Shown: positions 1 through 9,849, counted from the first letter of the stretch. The stretch is 64,000 nucleotides of DNA from Bacteroides sp. SM23_62_1 (GCA_001304505.1 LJUQ01000001.1:855-64854); one strand, 5' to 3'. Notes: generated from the sequence alone by a model not told the origin. Program-made: numbers and translations.

Positions 1-72
1 GACTTGAACCCACACAGCATTGCTGCTACTGGTTTTTGAGACCAGCGCGTCTACCAGTTCCGCCATCCGGGC
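1..72 (-). tRNA. tRNA-Leu(CAA), 3' end cut by the window edge
   Basis: Reverse complement reads GCCCGGATGGCGGAACTGGTAGACGCGCTGGTCTCAAAAACCAGTAGCAGCAATGCTGTGTGGGTTCAAGTC. Anticodon stem CTGGT/ACCAG with loop CTCAAAA gives anticodon CAA. The long variable arm is typical of type II Leu tRNA, and the T-arm GGTTCAAGTC runs to position 1. Confidence 0.85.
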
Positions 73-74
73 TA

Positions 75-205
75 TTTGGTTACTGGTTTCTGGTTGGTGT
101 GTGTAAAGGGATAGTGTGAGGGCCTGATTCCTGGTTTTTAGTTGGTGGGGGTGTGGGCAAATAGTTCCTGGTTCTCGGTTCACGGTTCCTGGTGTGTGCG
201 AGTAA
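75..205. repeat. G/T-rich degenerate direct repeats (about 3 units with TTCCTGGTT...GGTGTGTG cores)
   Basis: Units by eye: tactggtttctggttggtgtgtg, ttcctggtttttagttggtgggggtgtggg, ttcctggttctcggttcacggttcctggtgtgtgcg. They lie between the tRNA-Leu 5' end and the ALDH gene. Confidence 0.35.
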
Positions 206-342
206 AAAGCGTGAGTCAGAAAAGAGTGTACGAAGATAATGGAATATTGGATTCGAGGCAAATAATTTCTGCCGGATAGGGATAGATGATATTTAAATTC
301 ATGTATTTTTATGATTATTATGTTAATTAAATTATATTGATT

Positions 343-1908
343 ATGAACAATAATTATCTGCCAGAATTTGATATACCGGGCATGCTTGGCCGTCTTGGCA
401 TAAGAGAAAATAATCCGGGAGCTACCACAGGAACTGAATGGATAGATACGTCGGGAATTGTCACAGAAAGTATATCTCCAATCAATGGAAAATCAATTGC
501 AGCAATCCGGAATGTCACCCCGGATGAATTCGAAAGAGTGATGCATAATGCCTGGCAGGCATTCCAGGTATGGAGAAACATCCCTGCTCCGAGAAGGGGA
601 GAAGTGGTACGACAAATAGGAAATGTTCTTCGTGATTACAAGGATGATCTGGGGAAATTGGTAACTCTGGAGATGGGTAAAATTATTCAGGAAGGTCTTG
701 GTGAGGTACAGGAAATGATTGATATCTGTGATTTTGCAGTAGGCCAATCCAGGCAGCTCTATGGATATACAATGCAATCTGAACGGCCCCGGCATAAAAT
801 GTATGAACAGTATCATCCTCTGGGTATTGTAGGCCTGATCACATCATTTAATTTTCCTGTAGCGGTCTGGGCCTGGAACGCGATGATTGCTGCCGTTGCT
901 GGAGATGTAATTGTATGGAAACCCAGTTCAAAAACACCACTTACTGCAATTGCAACGCAAAATATTATAAGTAACGTTTTAAAAGAAAACAATGTACCTG
1001 AAGGAGTCTTTAATCTTGTTGTTGCTAAATCATCGGTCCTGGGGGATAATTTTCTTGAGGATCAAAGGTTATCGTTAATATCTTTAACGGGCTCAACAGC
1101 AGCAGGTAAGAAAGCAGCTGCCATTGTTGCAAAGCGACTGGGGAAAACAATCCTTGAGCTGGGAGGTAATAATGCCATCATTGTGTCACACCATGTAGAT
1201 CTTGAAATGGCAATCCCGGCTATTGTTTTCGGCTCTATCGGAACAGCCGGGCAGCGTTGTACAACAACCCGGAGACTGATTATACAAAAAAAGGTATATA
1301 GCCAGGTAAAAAATGCTTTAATAAAAGCGTACAATAGTGCAGCCGAACGTATAGGTAATCCACTTGACCCTTCGGTCCTGATAGGACCACTGGTCGACAT
1401 CCATGCTGTGAACGCTTTCTCTTCAGCACTTGAGAAGGTAAAAAAAGAGGGAGGTAAGATAATTTTTGGAGGACAGATCCTGAAAGGAGAGAAATATTCA
1501 TCAGGAAATTATGTTGTCCCTGCACTTGTTGAAGCTGAGAACCATTATGATATTGTACAGGAAGAAACATTTGCCCCGATACTATATCTTATACAATATA
1601 ATACCATTGACGAAGCCATAGAGATGAACAATAATGTGCCGCAGGGTTTGTCATCAGCCATCTTTACACTGAATATCCGTGAGGCAGAACAATTCCTGTC
1701 GGGCATGGGCAGTGATTGCGGTATAGCCAATGTGAATATTGGTACCTCCGGGGCTGAGATAGGAGGGGCTTTTGGTGGAGAGAAAGATACCGGAGGAGGA
1801 AGGGAATCCGGATCGGATGCATGGAAGGCATATATGAGAAGACAAACCAATACGATTAATTGGGGTTCGGAACTGCCACTGGCACAGGGGATAGAATTTA
1901 ACATATAG
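343..1908 (+). CDS. NAD-dependent aldehyde dehydrogenase, ALDH7 / alpha-aminoadipic (piperideine-6-carboxylate) semialdehyde dehydrogenase-like
   Basis: About 520 aa ORF with ALDH hallmarks: WKPS, ELGGNN, and the catalytic Cys context GQRCTTTRR. The N-terminus resembles the antiquitin family. First ATG is at 343; the track start at 337 is TTG. Confidence 0.85.
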   Translation: MNNNYLPEFDIPGMLGRLGIRENNPGATTGTEWIDTSGIVTESISPINGKSIAAIRNVTPDEFERVMHNAWQAFQVWRNIPAPRRGEVVRQIGNVLRDYKDDLGKLVTLEMGKIIQEGLGEVQEMIDICDFAVGQSRQLYGYTMQSERPRHKMYEQYHPLGIVGLITSFNFPVAVWAWNAMIAAVAGDVIVWKPSSKTPLTAIATQNIISNVLKENNVPEGVFNLVVAKSSVLGDNFLEDQRLSLISLTGSTAAGKKAAAIVAKRLGKTILELGGNNAIIVSHHVDLEMAIPAIVFGSIGTAGQRCTTTRRLIIQKKVYSQVKNALIKAYNSAAERIGNPLDPSVLIGPLVDIHAVNAFSSALEKVKKEGGKIIFGGQILKGEKYSSGNYVVPALVEAENHYDIVQEETFAPILYLIQYNTIDEAIEMNNNVPQGLSSAIFTLNIREAEQFLSGMGSDCGIANVNIGTSGAEIGGAFGGEKDTGGGRESGSDAWKAYMRRQTNTINWGSELPLAQGIEFNI

Positions 1909-1909
1909 C

Positions 1910-1939
1910 AGAACAGGGACCCGCAAAGCCCCCTGTTCT
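1910..1939. terminator. Hairpin between the convergent ALDH and dxs genes
   Basis: 9-bp stem agaacaggg / ccctgttct with a 12-nt loop, exactly between the two stop codons. The flanking U-tract is weak. Confidence 0.5.
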
Positions 1940-1940
1940 T

Positions 1941-3875
1941 CTAAATTGCTTTTGAATATACTTTCAGTTTGATCATCTCCTTTACGGCCCTTATGATTCC
2001 CTCCTCATCATAACCACATTCATGATAAAGTTCCTGCTGTGTGCCATGATCGATAAAACGATCAGGAACACCAAGGCGCCTGATGCTGGCTTGCAGGTTG
2101 TGATCACTCATGTATTCAATGACAGCACTACCAAAACCGCCTGTGATAATACCATCCTCAACCGTGATAATCTGTGAAAACTTTTTGAATATTTTTTTCA
2201 ATAAAGTTTCATCAAGTGGTTTGACGAAACGCATGTCATAGTGAGCTGCATGAATATTTTCGAATTCAAGCTTTTCACAGGCAGAGGCAGCGAAATTACC
2301 AACGTGGCCGATAGTCAGTATAGCTATGTCATTTCCTTTCCGTAATTCCCTGCCCTTACCGATCTCTATTTCGGTAAATGGTTTTTGCCAGTCGGGTATT
2401 ACGCCGTAACCCCGCGGGTAACGAATAGAAAACGGACCATGGTTCTTAAACTGAGCCGTATACATAAGGTTTCGAAGCTCCGTTTCATTCATCGGTGCTG
2501 AGACGATTATATTCGGGATGGATCTCATATAGGCAAAGTCGAATACACCATGGTGGGTGGCACCATCATCACCCACAAGTCCTCCACGGTCGAGACAGAA
2601 TACCACATGAAGGTTCTGGATAGCAACGTCATGTATGATCTGGTCATAGGAGCGCTGCATAAATGAGGAATAGATGTTACAATACGGGATCATACCTTCT
2701 GTAGCCAATCCAGCAGAAAAAGTGACAGCATGTTGTTCGGCAATACCTACATCGAAAGTGCGATCAGGCATTTCATCCATCATGATTTTCAGGGATGACC
2801 CGGTAGGCATGGCAGGAGTGATGCCGATGATCTTTTCATTTTTCCTCGCAAGTTCAAGCAGTGTAACACCGAAAACATCCTGGTATCTTGGTGGTTGAGG
2901 TTTGGAGGGGTGAATATGAATGATCTTACCGGTTTTTTTATTGAACTTTCCAGGGGAATGATAGGCAGTCTGATTCAGTTCAGCCTGAGGAAATCCTTTC
3001 CCTTTTTTTGTTTTACAATGGAGGAGCTTTGGCCCCTGAATATTCATAAGGTCTTTTAATACATCCACCAGGTGAAGCACATCATGCCCGTCAATTGGCC
3101 CGAAATACCTGAAATTGAGGGATTCAAATAAATTGCTGTGCTTCAGGAATATAGATTTAACACCATGCTCGATCTGTTGTGCATAACGCTGGGCATTTGG
3201 ACCTAATTTACTGATCGCACCAAGCAGATTCCAAACTTCATTCCTGACACGGTTATAAGTTTTTGATGTTGTAATATCTAACAGGTATTCTTTGATAGCA
3301 CCAACATTGGGATCAATTGCAATATTATTGTCATTTAAAATTACCAGTAGATTCGTTTTCTCAATGCCTGCATTATTTAATCCCTCAAAAGCCAATCCTC
3401 CGGTCAGGGATCCATCACCAATAACAGCCACCACCTGCCGGTCTTCGATCCTGTTAAATTTTGATGCAACAGCTATACCCAGTGCAGCAGAAATAGAAGT
3501 TGATGCATGTCCGACGCCAAATGGGTCAAATTTACTTTCGGATATTCTGGGAAAACCACTGATCCCTTTGTATTTTCGATTGGTGGGGAAAACCTTTCGG
3601 CGGCCGGTAAGGATCTTATGTCCGTATGCCTGATGACCTACATCCCAGATAATTTTATCGTATGGTGCATTGAAAACATAATGAAGCGCAACAGTAAGTT
3701 CTACAACACCAAGACTGGAGGCAAAATGACCGGGATTAGAAGATACAATGTCAATAATAAACTGCCTCAATTCTCCACATAACAATACAAGTTCATCGGG
3801 ACTAAGCTTTTTCAGATCCGACGGGTATTCTATATGATCCAGTATGGGATACTTCTTTCCAGACAAACCTATCAA
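1941..3875 (-). CDS. dxs: 1-deoxy-D-xylulose-5-phosphate synthase
   Basis: 644 aa with the full-length DXS pattern: GHxxxS SLGV, the thiamine-PP motif GDGSLTGG, and transketolase-like pyrimidine and C-terminal domains. The apparent start codon is TTG. Confidence 0.95.
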   Translation of the reverse strand: MIGLSGKKYPILDHIEYPSDLKKLSPDELVLLCGELRQFIIDIVSSNPGHFASSLGVVELTVALHYVFNAPYDKIIWDVGHQAYGHKILTGRRKVFPTNRKYKGISGFPRISESKFDPFGVGHASTSISAALGIAVASKFNRIEDRQVVAVIGDGSLTGGLAFEGLNNAGIEKTNLLVILNDNNIAIDPNVGAIKEYLLDITTSKTYNRVRNEVWNLLGAISKLGPNAQRYAQQIEHGVKSIFLKHSNLFESLNFRYFGPIDGHDVLHLVDVLKDLMNIQGPKLLHCKTKKGKGFPQAELNQTAYHSPGKFNKKTGKIIHIHPSKPQPPRYQDVFGVTLLELARKNEKIIGITPAMPTGSSLKIMMDEMPDRTFDVGIAEQHAVTFSAGLATEGMIPYCNIYSSFMQRSYDQIIHDVAIQNLHVVFCLDRGGLVGDDGATHHGVFDFAYMRSIPNIIVSAPMNETELRNLMYTAQFKNHGPFSIRYPRGYGVIPDWQKPFTEIEIGKGRELRKGNDIAILTIGHVGNFAASACEKLEFENIHAAHYDMRFVKPLDETLLKKIFKKFSQIITVEDGIITGGFGSAVIEYMSDHNLQASIRRLGVPDRFIDHGTQQELYHECGYDEEGIIRAVKEMIKLKVYSKAI

Positions 3876-4030
3876 GATTTATACTCCAAAGATAGGGAGT
3901 ATTTTTTTAATGATAAATTGATTGTAAAAATATTCGTTTTCTTGTTCAGTTAATAACTATTAAATATCACTTTTTATTCGTCTGTCTTATTTTTTTAAAT
4001 TTCGCTCTGAATCAGAACAATCAGGCTATT

Positions 4031-5047
4031 ATGAAAAAAACGGGGAAAATACTATTTATGATAACGTTTTTCTGGTCCATTTTCTTTTTCAATTCTTGTG
4101 TTCCGATAGCAAAATTCCATGAACTGGAAGATAAGAACAAGAAAATCGATGCAGAACGTGAAAAATTCCTTGAGCAAAGTGAGGTGCTCTCTGTCGATAA
4201 TGCGGAGATGAATTCAAAAATATCTTTATTGGAGGAAGAACTTGAAGCATTAGAAACAAAAACCGAAGAAACAAAGAAATCCTACGATAAACTCTCTGAC
4301 GATTATGCTGATCTTACCAGGCGTTATGAAGATCTTCAACAGACACAGGAAGCAATTATTACCGGCCATTCCAGAGAGACACGAAGATTGCTTACGGAGC
4401 TGCAAGGCACACAGGAGGAACTTCAGTTAAAAGAAGACAGGTTAAAAGAGCTTGAACAGAATGTTGGTGACAGGATGCGCGATCTTGAAAAACTCCGTTC
4501 AGAATTAAATGAAAGGAACCAGCGGCTCATTGAAATGGAAAGCATTATGTATGCAAAAGATTCACTGATGAGAACATTGAAGAACACCATTGCGGAAGCG
4601 CTTTATGGATTTCAACAGGATGGGCTATCTGTGTCTGTGAGAAATGGTAAAGTGTATGTTTCGATGGAAGAAAAACTTCTTTTCAAAACCGGCAGTATAG
4701 AGGTGGATCCAAGAGGTGTAAGTGCCCTGAGAAAACTTGCACCGATTCTGGAAAACACTCCGGATATTTTCATCACCGTTGAAGGCCATACAGATGATGT
4801 TCCGGTAAGGAGCAATCCTTCCTACCATGATAACTGGGATCTGAGTGTAAAAAGGGCTACTTCCATTGTAAGAATTCTGCTGGATAATTCCAGTATTGAC
4901 CCGGAACGGTTCATTGCCTCCGGAAGAGGAGAATACCTGCCAGTAGATTCGTCGAATACCCCTGAAGCCAGACAAAAAAACAGGCGGACAGAGATTATTC
5001 TGACTCCAGACCTGGACGAACTATACCAGCTACTGGAGTCAGATTAA
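4031..5047 (+). CDS. OmpA/MotB-family lipoprotein with a long coiled-coil N-terminal half
   Basis: Signal peptide plus Cys (FFFNSC), an E/K/L-rich coiled coil, and a C-terminal OmpA-like peptidoglycan-binding domain (TVEGHTDDVP ... NWDLSVKRA ... NRRTEI). Confidence 0.85.
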   Translation: MKKTGKILFMITFFWSIFFFNSCVPIAKFHELEDKNKKIDAEREKFLEQSEVLSVDNAEMNSKISLLEEELEALETKTEETKKSYDKLSDDYADLTRRYEDLQQTQEAIITGHSRETRRLLTELQGTQEELQLKEDRLKELEQNVGDRMRDLEKLRSELNERNQRLIEMESIMYAKDSLMRTLKNTIAEALYGFQQDGLSVSVRNGKVYVSMEEKLLFKTGSIEVDPRGVSALRKLAPILENTPDIFITVEGHTDDVPVRSNPSYHDNWDLSVKRATSIVRILLDNSSIDPERFIASGRGEYLPVDSSNTPEARQKNRRTEIILTPDLDELYQLLESD

Positions 5048-5164
5048 CGATAAATTAAAATTTCAAAATCTATTCTTTGTACTCTTACTGAATGATATAA
5101 CAATTGGTGTCGTTTTTACCCGTCTGTCTGCTTTGCAGGCATGGAATTGTGTCAGAACTAATTT

Positions 5165-5267
5165 TTCACGCAAAGAACGCAAAGAAAGCGTCAAGTTTGA
5201 AAAGATCATATGTCTGTTAATCAAAGCTTTGCTATCTTTGTGAAGACTTAGCGGACTTTACGTGAAG
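5165..5267. repeat. 11-nt-periodic CACGCAAAG-type inverted repeat (long imperfect hairpin)
   Basis: Left arm ttcacgcaaagaacgcaaagaaagcgtcaag. The right arm reverse-complements to cttcacgtaaagtccgctaagtcttcacaaag. Same architecture as the loci at 17751 and 38463. Confidence 0.55.
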
Positions 5268-5360
5268 CCTTAAATGAAATTAGGATACCCCCCACACAGT
5301 AGGGGTGGTGGTAAAAATAGTCCTGACTGAATATTTTTTATACCCTAAATTATTCATCAG

Positions 5361-6371
5361 ATGTTTCAATATATGACTTTCCTGCCCAGATTATCTTTAA
5401 AAAAGATCTGGAATTTCATATTAATTGAAATTTCCTTCATTGTTTCAGGAATCGTTAAAAAACCTGTTGTTTGGGGAGTCCCATACACAATCACGATTGA
5501 ACCAACAATCCTGTGTGACCTGAAATGCCCGCAATGTCATACTGGTGCCGGAATGATAATCAGGCAGAATAAATCAATTGATTATGAACACTATAGAAGC
5601 ATCATTAATGAAATGAAATTAACCACTATCTGCCTGATCCTGTATTTTCAAGGGGAGCCCTTCCTACATGAAAAAATCTTCGATATGATCAGATTTGCCG
5701 CAACCAGTAATATATTTACAGTCACTTCTACAAATGGGCAGCATCTGATTGGGAGAAATCCGGAAATGATCATCCAATCCGGGTTGGACAGGCTTATCAT
5801 TTCTATTGATGGGGCCGATCAATCGACATATGAGAAATACAGGCGTGGTGGTACATTGAAGAAATTATTGGATGGAGCCAGGCAATTATCGGATCTTAAA
5901 AAGAAAAGCTCATCAGTGAAACCAGAAATTATATTTCAGTTTCTTATTTTCAGATATAATGAAAAGCAGGTGAAAGATATAAAAAGACTAGGTAAAATAA
6001 ACGGTACCGATAAGATCTGGATTAAAACAGCACAAATAATCACACCGGATGATGGGGTGGATCTTATACCGCAAAATCCCGGATATTCCAGGTATGAAAT
6101 AGATGGCAGGAGTTCATTAAGATTAAAAGGTAAATTAAAAAACCGGTGTCACAGGCTCTGGAGAACAATGGTTATTACCACAGATGGTTTTGTGGTTCCA
6201 TGTTGTTTTGATAAAAATGCAAACTACAAATTGGGGAATCTGAAGGAACAAAGTGTTCTGGAAATATGGAAAAATCAGGAATACATGAATTTCAGGAAAA
6301 AAATATTAAAAAACAGGCAGGAGATTAATATATGTAATAATTGTACGGAAGGAGTGAAGGTTTATATATAA
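5361..6371 (+). CDS. Radical SAM protein with a C-terminal SPASM-like Cys cluster
   Basis: CDLKCPQC (CxxxCxxC) near the N-terminus, then a Cys-rich tail CHRLW...VVPCCFD...CNNC. An N-terminal hydrophobic segment is present. Confidence 0.8.
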   Translation: MFQYMTFLPRLSLKKIWNFILIEISFIVSGIVKKPVVWGVPYTITIEPTILCDLKCPQCHTGAGMIIRQNKSIDYEHYRSIINEMKLTTICLILYFQGEPFLHEKIFDMIRFAATSNIFTVTSTNGQHLIGRNPEMIIQSGLDRLIISIDGADQSTYEKYRRGGTLKKLLDGARQLSDLKKKSSSVKPEIIFQFLIFRYNEKQVKDIKRLGKINGTDKIWIKTAQIITPDDGVDLIPQNPGYSRYEIDGRSSLRLKGKLKNRCHRLWRTMVITTDGFVVPCCFDKNANYKLGNLKEQSVLEIWKNQEYMNFRKKILKNRQEINICNNCTEGVKVYI

Positions 6372-6375
6372 ATTC

Positions 6376-6939
6376 TTAAACGGTCATAATATCTTTTTCT
6401 TTGGCTTCCAGTATTCTATCTATCTGTTCAATAAATTCATCCGTTATTTTTTGAACTACCTCCTGAGCTATTTTCTCTGCATCCTCTGCAAGCCCTTCTT
6501 TTTTCATTTTTTTGAGTTCTTCATTGGCATCCCGCCGGGCACTTCTTATACCAATTTTGGTATTTTCACCTTCAGTTTTAACCTGTTTAACAAGGTCTCT
6601 TCTTCGCTCTTCAGTAAGGGGAGGAACATTAATACGAATGATTTCACCATTATTAATCGGATTCAGACCAATGTTTGCCTGCATGATTGCTTTTTCAATA
6701 GTTTCTATCATTGATCTGTCCCACGGTTGAATAGCAAGGGTTCGTGGATCTGGTGTTCCGATGTTAGATACTTGATTAAGAGGAGTCTGGGCGCCATAGT
6801 AATTAATCATAATTCCATCAAGCATATGGGGATTTGCTTTACCTGCACGGATTATTATGAGTTCATTCTCGAGGTGTGATATAGATTTTTCCATTTTAGC
6901 CCTCGTGTCTTCAAGTATTAACTCAACTAATTCATCCAT
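6376..6939 (-). CDS. frr: Ribosome recycling factor
   Basis: Typical RRF sequence from MDELVELILEDTRAKMEKS to the end. The track ORF begins 37 codons upstream (7050), but that extension has no RRF counterpart. The ATG at 6939 gives about 187 aa. Confidence 0.9.
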   Translation of the reverse strand: MDELVELILEDTRAKMEKSISHLENELIIIRAGKANPHMLDGIMINYYGAQTPLNQVSNIGTPDPRTLAIQPWDRSMIETIEKAIMQANIGLNPINNGEIIRINVPPLTEERRRDLVKQVKTEGENTKIGIRSARRDANEELKKMKKEGLAEDAEKIAQEVVQKITDEFIEQIDRILEAKEKDIMTV

Positions 6940-7111
6940 AGTAATGTTATTTATCAACATAATATGCGACAATGCCTTGTGATTGATAATCAAACATTTG
7001 CGTAGCGCCCATGAATTTCTGATAGCTTTGCAAACAGTATATCCAATCAATACCTGGCAACGTAAACTGCACAGTAGGTTGGGTAATCGTATGTCTGGAG
7101 AGTAAAGATAT

Positions 7112-7822
7112 TTAATTTTTGACTATTGTACCAATTTTGGATCCTGAGACTATCTTTTTCAGATTTCCTTTAGTATTCATATCGAAAACCAGTATGGGAA
7201 GATTATTTTCCATACACAGTGTAAAAGCCGTCAGATCCATTACCTGTAACTGGCGTGCAAGTACTTCATCAAAAGAAATTTCCTCGAATTTTAATGCACT
7301 TTTATCCTTTTCAGGATCGGCAGAATATACTCCATCAACACGTGTTCCTTTTAATAAAACTTCAGCTTTTATTTGAATGGCCCTGAGAGATGCTGCTGTA
7401 TCTGTTGTGAAATATGGATTTCCGGTTCCAAAAGTAAAAATTGCCACTTCCCCGTTTTGAAGAGCATACACTGCTTCATGCTCGTTAAAATGAGTTCCAA
7501 CTGGAGTCATGGATATAGCTGTAAATAAACGTGCTGTTGTTCCGATTTGTTCCAGGGCAGACTGGATTGCCAATCCGTTGATGACTGTTGCCAGCATACC
7601 CATATAATCTCCCTTTATCCTATCAAATCCTTTTTTTGTCCCGGAGAGGCCTCTGAAAATGTTACCACCGCCGATCACAATACCAATTTCAACTCCCATT
7701 TTATTTATTTCTGAAATCTGTTGGGTATATTCAGTTAGTTTGGTTTCATCAATTCCATAACCTTTTTTCCCCATAAGGGCTTCACCACTAAGTTTTAAAA
7801 GTATTCTTTTATATTTGATCAT
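7112..7822 (-). CDS. pyrH: UMP kinase
   Basis: 236 aa. KRILLKLSGEAL N-terminus, GGGNIFRG motif, amino-acid-kinase fold. Classic tsf-pyrH-frr neighbourhood. Confidence 0.95.
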   Translation of the reverse strand: MIKYKRILLKLSGEALMGKKGYGIDETKLTEYTQQISEINKMGVEIGIVIGGGNIFRGLSGTKKGFDRIKGDYMGMLATVINGLAIQSALEQIGTTARLFTAISMTPVGTHFNEHEAVYALQNGEVAIFTFGTGNPYFTTDTAASLRAIQIKAEVLLKGTRVDGVYSADPEKDKSALKFEEISFDEVLARQLQVMDLTAFTLCMENNLPILVFDMNTKGNLKKIVSGSKIGTIVKN

Positions 7823-7936
7823 TTAATTAATCTTTTATCAGGTAAAATTAAAAAGATTTTAGAGGCTTCCTGCAGGTACGTGGAAATTCCTGCCTTACAG
7901 GACAGGAATTTCCGGATTTTTGAAGAGTATTGGAAC

Positions 7937-7980
7937 AAAAAAACCGCACAGACATTTAATTATGTTCTGTGCGGTTTTTC
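7937..7980 (-). terminator. Rho-independent (bidirectional-looking) terminator downstream of tsf
   Basis: Perfect 10-bp stem accgcacaga / tctgtgcggt with a 13-nt loop. An A-run lies on one side and a T-run on the other, about 20 nt after the tsf stop. Confidence 0.7.
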
Positions 7981-7999
7981 GGATTTTTGCCTTGCAGGA

Positions 8000-8830
8000 T
8001 CAGTCTGTGAGGGCGTATCTGACAAATCCCGTTACAGCCAGATCTTTATCGGCTTCCCGGATGTATTGTTGAACCGTTTTCTTGTTGTCTTTAATAAATT
8101 GCTGGTTGATGAGTGTCCTTTCTTTAAAAAATTTATTCAGTTTCCCCGTTGCTATTTTTTCAAGTATTTCTTCCGGTTTCCCTTCCTGTCGGGCCTGGTC
8201 TTTACCAATTTCAATTTCTTTCTCAATGATATTTCTGGGAACCTGATCCTGGTTAACGGCGACAGGGTCCATGGCAGCTACCTGCATGGCAATATCTTTA
8301 CCTATTTGTGGATCATTTACCGGTTTATTCAGCCCTACCAGACTGGCGAGCTTGTTGCCGGGATGAATGTATGCTGTTACATGTTCGGCTGCCAGTTTCT
8401 GGTAAAAGGAAAGGTCAATTTTTTCACCAATAATACCTATTTGTTCAGTAATGGCATCATTAACAGTCTTACCTGATATTTTATGAGTTTTAAGCATTTC
8501 TAGGTCCTGGGGTTGTTTTTCAAGTGCCAGGTTAAGGATAGAAACTGCAAAGCCAATGAAATCCTGATTCTTTGCCACAAAATCTGTTTCACAATTAAGG
8601 ACAATCATAACGCCGGATTTCATATCACCGGCAACTTTTGAAAGAACGACACCCTGGTTGGCTTCACGATCAGCCCGTTTACTGGCTACAAGCTTACCCT
8701 TTTTCCTGATGATTTCCACTGCCTTGTCGAAATCACCATTGGCTTCCTGTAACGCATGCTTACAGTCCATCATACCGGCTCCGGTAGATTTTCTCAGTTT
8801 AACTATATCAGCAGATGTGATTTCAGCCAT
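8000..8830 (-). CDS. tsf: Translation elongation factor Ts
   Basis: 276 aa. N-terminal UBA-like motif VKLRKSTGAGMMDCKHAL and an EF-Ts dimerisation core. Immediately downstream of rpsB. Confidence 0.95.
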   Translation of the reverse strand: MAEITSADIVKLRKSTGAGMMDCKHALQEANGDFDKAVEIIRKKGKLVASKRADREANQGVVLSKVAGDMKSGVMIVLNCETDFVAKNQDFIGFAVSILNLALEKQPQDLEMLKTHKISGKTVNDAITEQIGIIGEKIDLSFYQKLAAEHVTAYIHPGNKLASLVGLNKPVNDPQIGKDIAMQVAAMDPVAVNQDQVPRNIIEKEIEIGKDQARQEGKPEEILEKIATGKLNKFFKERTLINQQFIKDNKKTVQQYIREADKDLAVTGFVRYALTD

Positions 8831-8856
8831 CTTTAGAAAATTTATAATGTTAGAAT

Positions 8857-9777
8857 TTAAACTTCATCAGATTTTTTTGAAATAGTTTTTCTGGCGGTTG
8901 TTTTCTTTATTTCAATAATTTCCTCGACCAGTTTTTCAGATGATTCCTCATAATCTTCTTCAGCAATTTCTTCGTCTGCTTCTTCTTCCTCAAATTCTCC
9001 CTCTTCTTCAACTTCTTCTGGTTCTTCTTCAAGTTCTTCTTTCATTTCTCCTTTTTTCTCTTTCAGGCTGACTTCTTTTTCTTTTTCAAGCTTCCGCTCA
9101 TTCAACCCTTCTTCGATGGCAGTACATACTACATTGATAATGAGGGAAATTGATTTGGAAGCATCATCGTTAGCCGGTACGGGAAAATCGACAATGTTCG
9201 GATCTGAATTTGTATCAACCATGGCAAAAACAGGTATACTCAAACGTATGGATTCCCGGACAGCAATATATTCCTTTCCGACATCAACAACGAACAAAGC
9301 TGCCGGTAAACGGGTCAGATCAGCAATGCTGCCGAGGTTTTTTTCCAGCTTGGCACGTTGTCTGGTTATCTGTAATCGTTCCCTTTTTGACAGGGTTGAG
9401 AAAGTTCCGTCAGTAGCCATTTTATCTATCGAAGCCATCTTCTTCACAGCTTTCCGTATAGTGGGGAAATTGGTCAGCATACCTCCCGGCCAGCGTTCAG
9501 TTACATATGGCATGTTAATCTGCTTCACTCTCTCTGAGACAATATCTTTAGCCTGTTTTTTGGTTGCAACGAATAGTATTTTACGGCCGGATTTGGCGAT
9601 CTGCTTCATTGCAGCAGCAGCTTCATCCAGTTTAACAATAGTTTTTTGCAGGTCAATAATATGAATCCCGTTTCTTTCCATAAATATATATGGAGCCATA
9701 TTGGGATTCCATTTCCTCTTGAGATGCCCAAAGTGAACACCTGCATTTAATAGTTCTTCAAAAGTTGTTCTAGGCAT
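8857..9777 (-). CDS. rpsB: 30S ribosomal protein S2 with an acidic C-terminal extension
   Basis: The N-terminal 225 aa are canonical S2 (LLNAGVHFGH, ERWPGGMLTN). The last roughly 80 aa are E/K-rich low complexity. Confidence 0.95.
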   Translation of the reverse strand: MPRTTFEELLNAGVHFGHLKRKWNPNMAPYIFMERNGIHIIDLQKTIVKLDEAAAAMKQIAKSGRKILFVATKKQAKDIVSERVKQINMPYVTERWPGGMLTNFPTIRKAVKKMASIDKMATDGTFSTLSKRERLQITRQRAKLEKNLGSIADLTRLPAALFVVDVGKEYIAVRESIRLSIPVFAMVDTNSDPNIVDFPVPANDDASKSISLIINVVCTAIEEGLNERKLEKEKEVSLKEKKGEMKEELEEEPEEVEEEGEFEEEEADEEIAEEDYEESSEKLVEEIIEIKKTTARKTISKKSDEV

Positions 9778-9811
9778 TGAATATAATTATTTGTTTACTT
9801 TCTGATTGATC

Positions 9812-9849
9812 AACTGAAAAGTAGTCCATCCAGCGGAGTCTTTTCAGTT
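9812..9849 (-). terminator. Stem-loop between rpsI and rpsB (possible operon terminator)
   Basis: 10-bp stem aactgaaaag / cttttcagtt with an 18-nt loop. No clear U-tract, so its function is uncertain. Confidence 0.35.

Noticed and set aside
6940-7050. N-terminal extensions of track ORFs: frr, and likewise rplM 10720..10782, sulfatases 38601..38678 and 40522..40554, TonB 51370..51420
   Set aside because: The extensions have no counterpart in the respective protein families. In the lipoproteins and TonB they would bury the signal or anchor sequence. Internal starts give canonical N-termini.
7882-7913. Strong hairpin ggaaattcctg...caggaatttcc upstream of pyrH
   Set aside because: It could be a regulatory or terminator structure, but its T-run is on the plus strand, where no gene ends. 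On the minus strand it lacks a U-tract, and the tsf terminator is already accounted for at 7937..7980. Function undetermined.
7880-8476. 198-aa plus-strand ORF
   Set aside because: It lies antisense to tsf, a full-length and unmistakable EF-Ts gene. Its translation is low-complexity and Phe-rich. It is a shadow ORF.
9116-9664. 182-aa plus-strand ORF
   Set aside because: It lies antisense to rpsB and has no recognisable motifs. It is a typical shadow ORF of a highly conserved gene.
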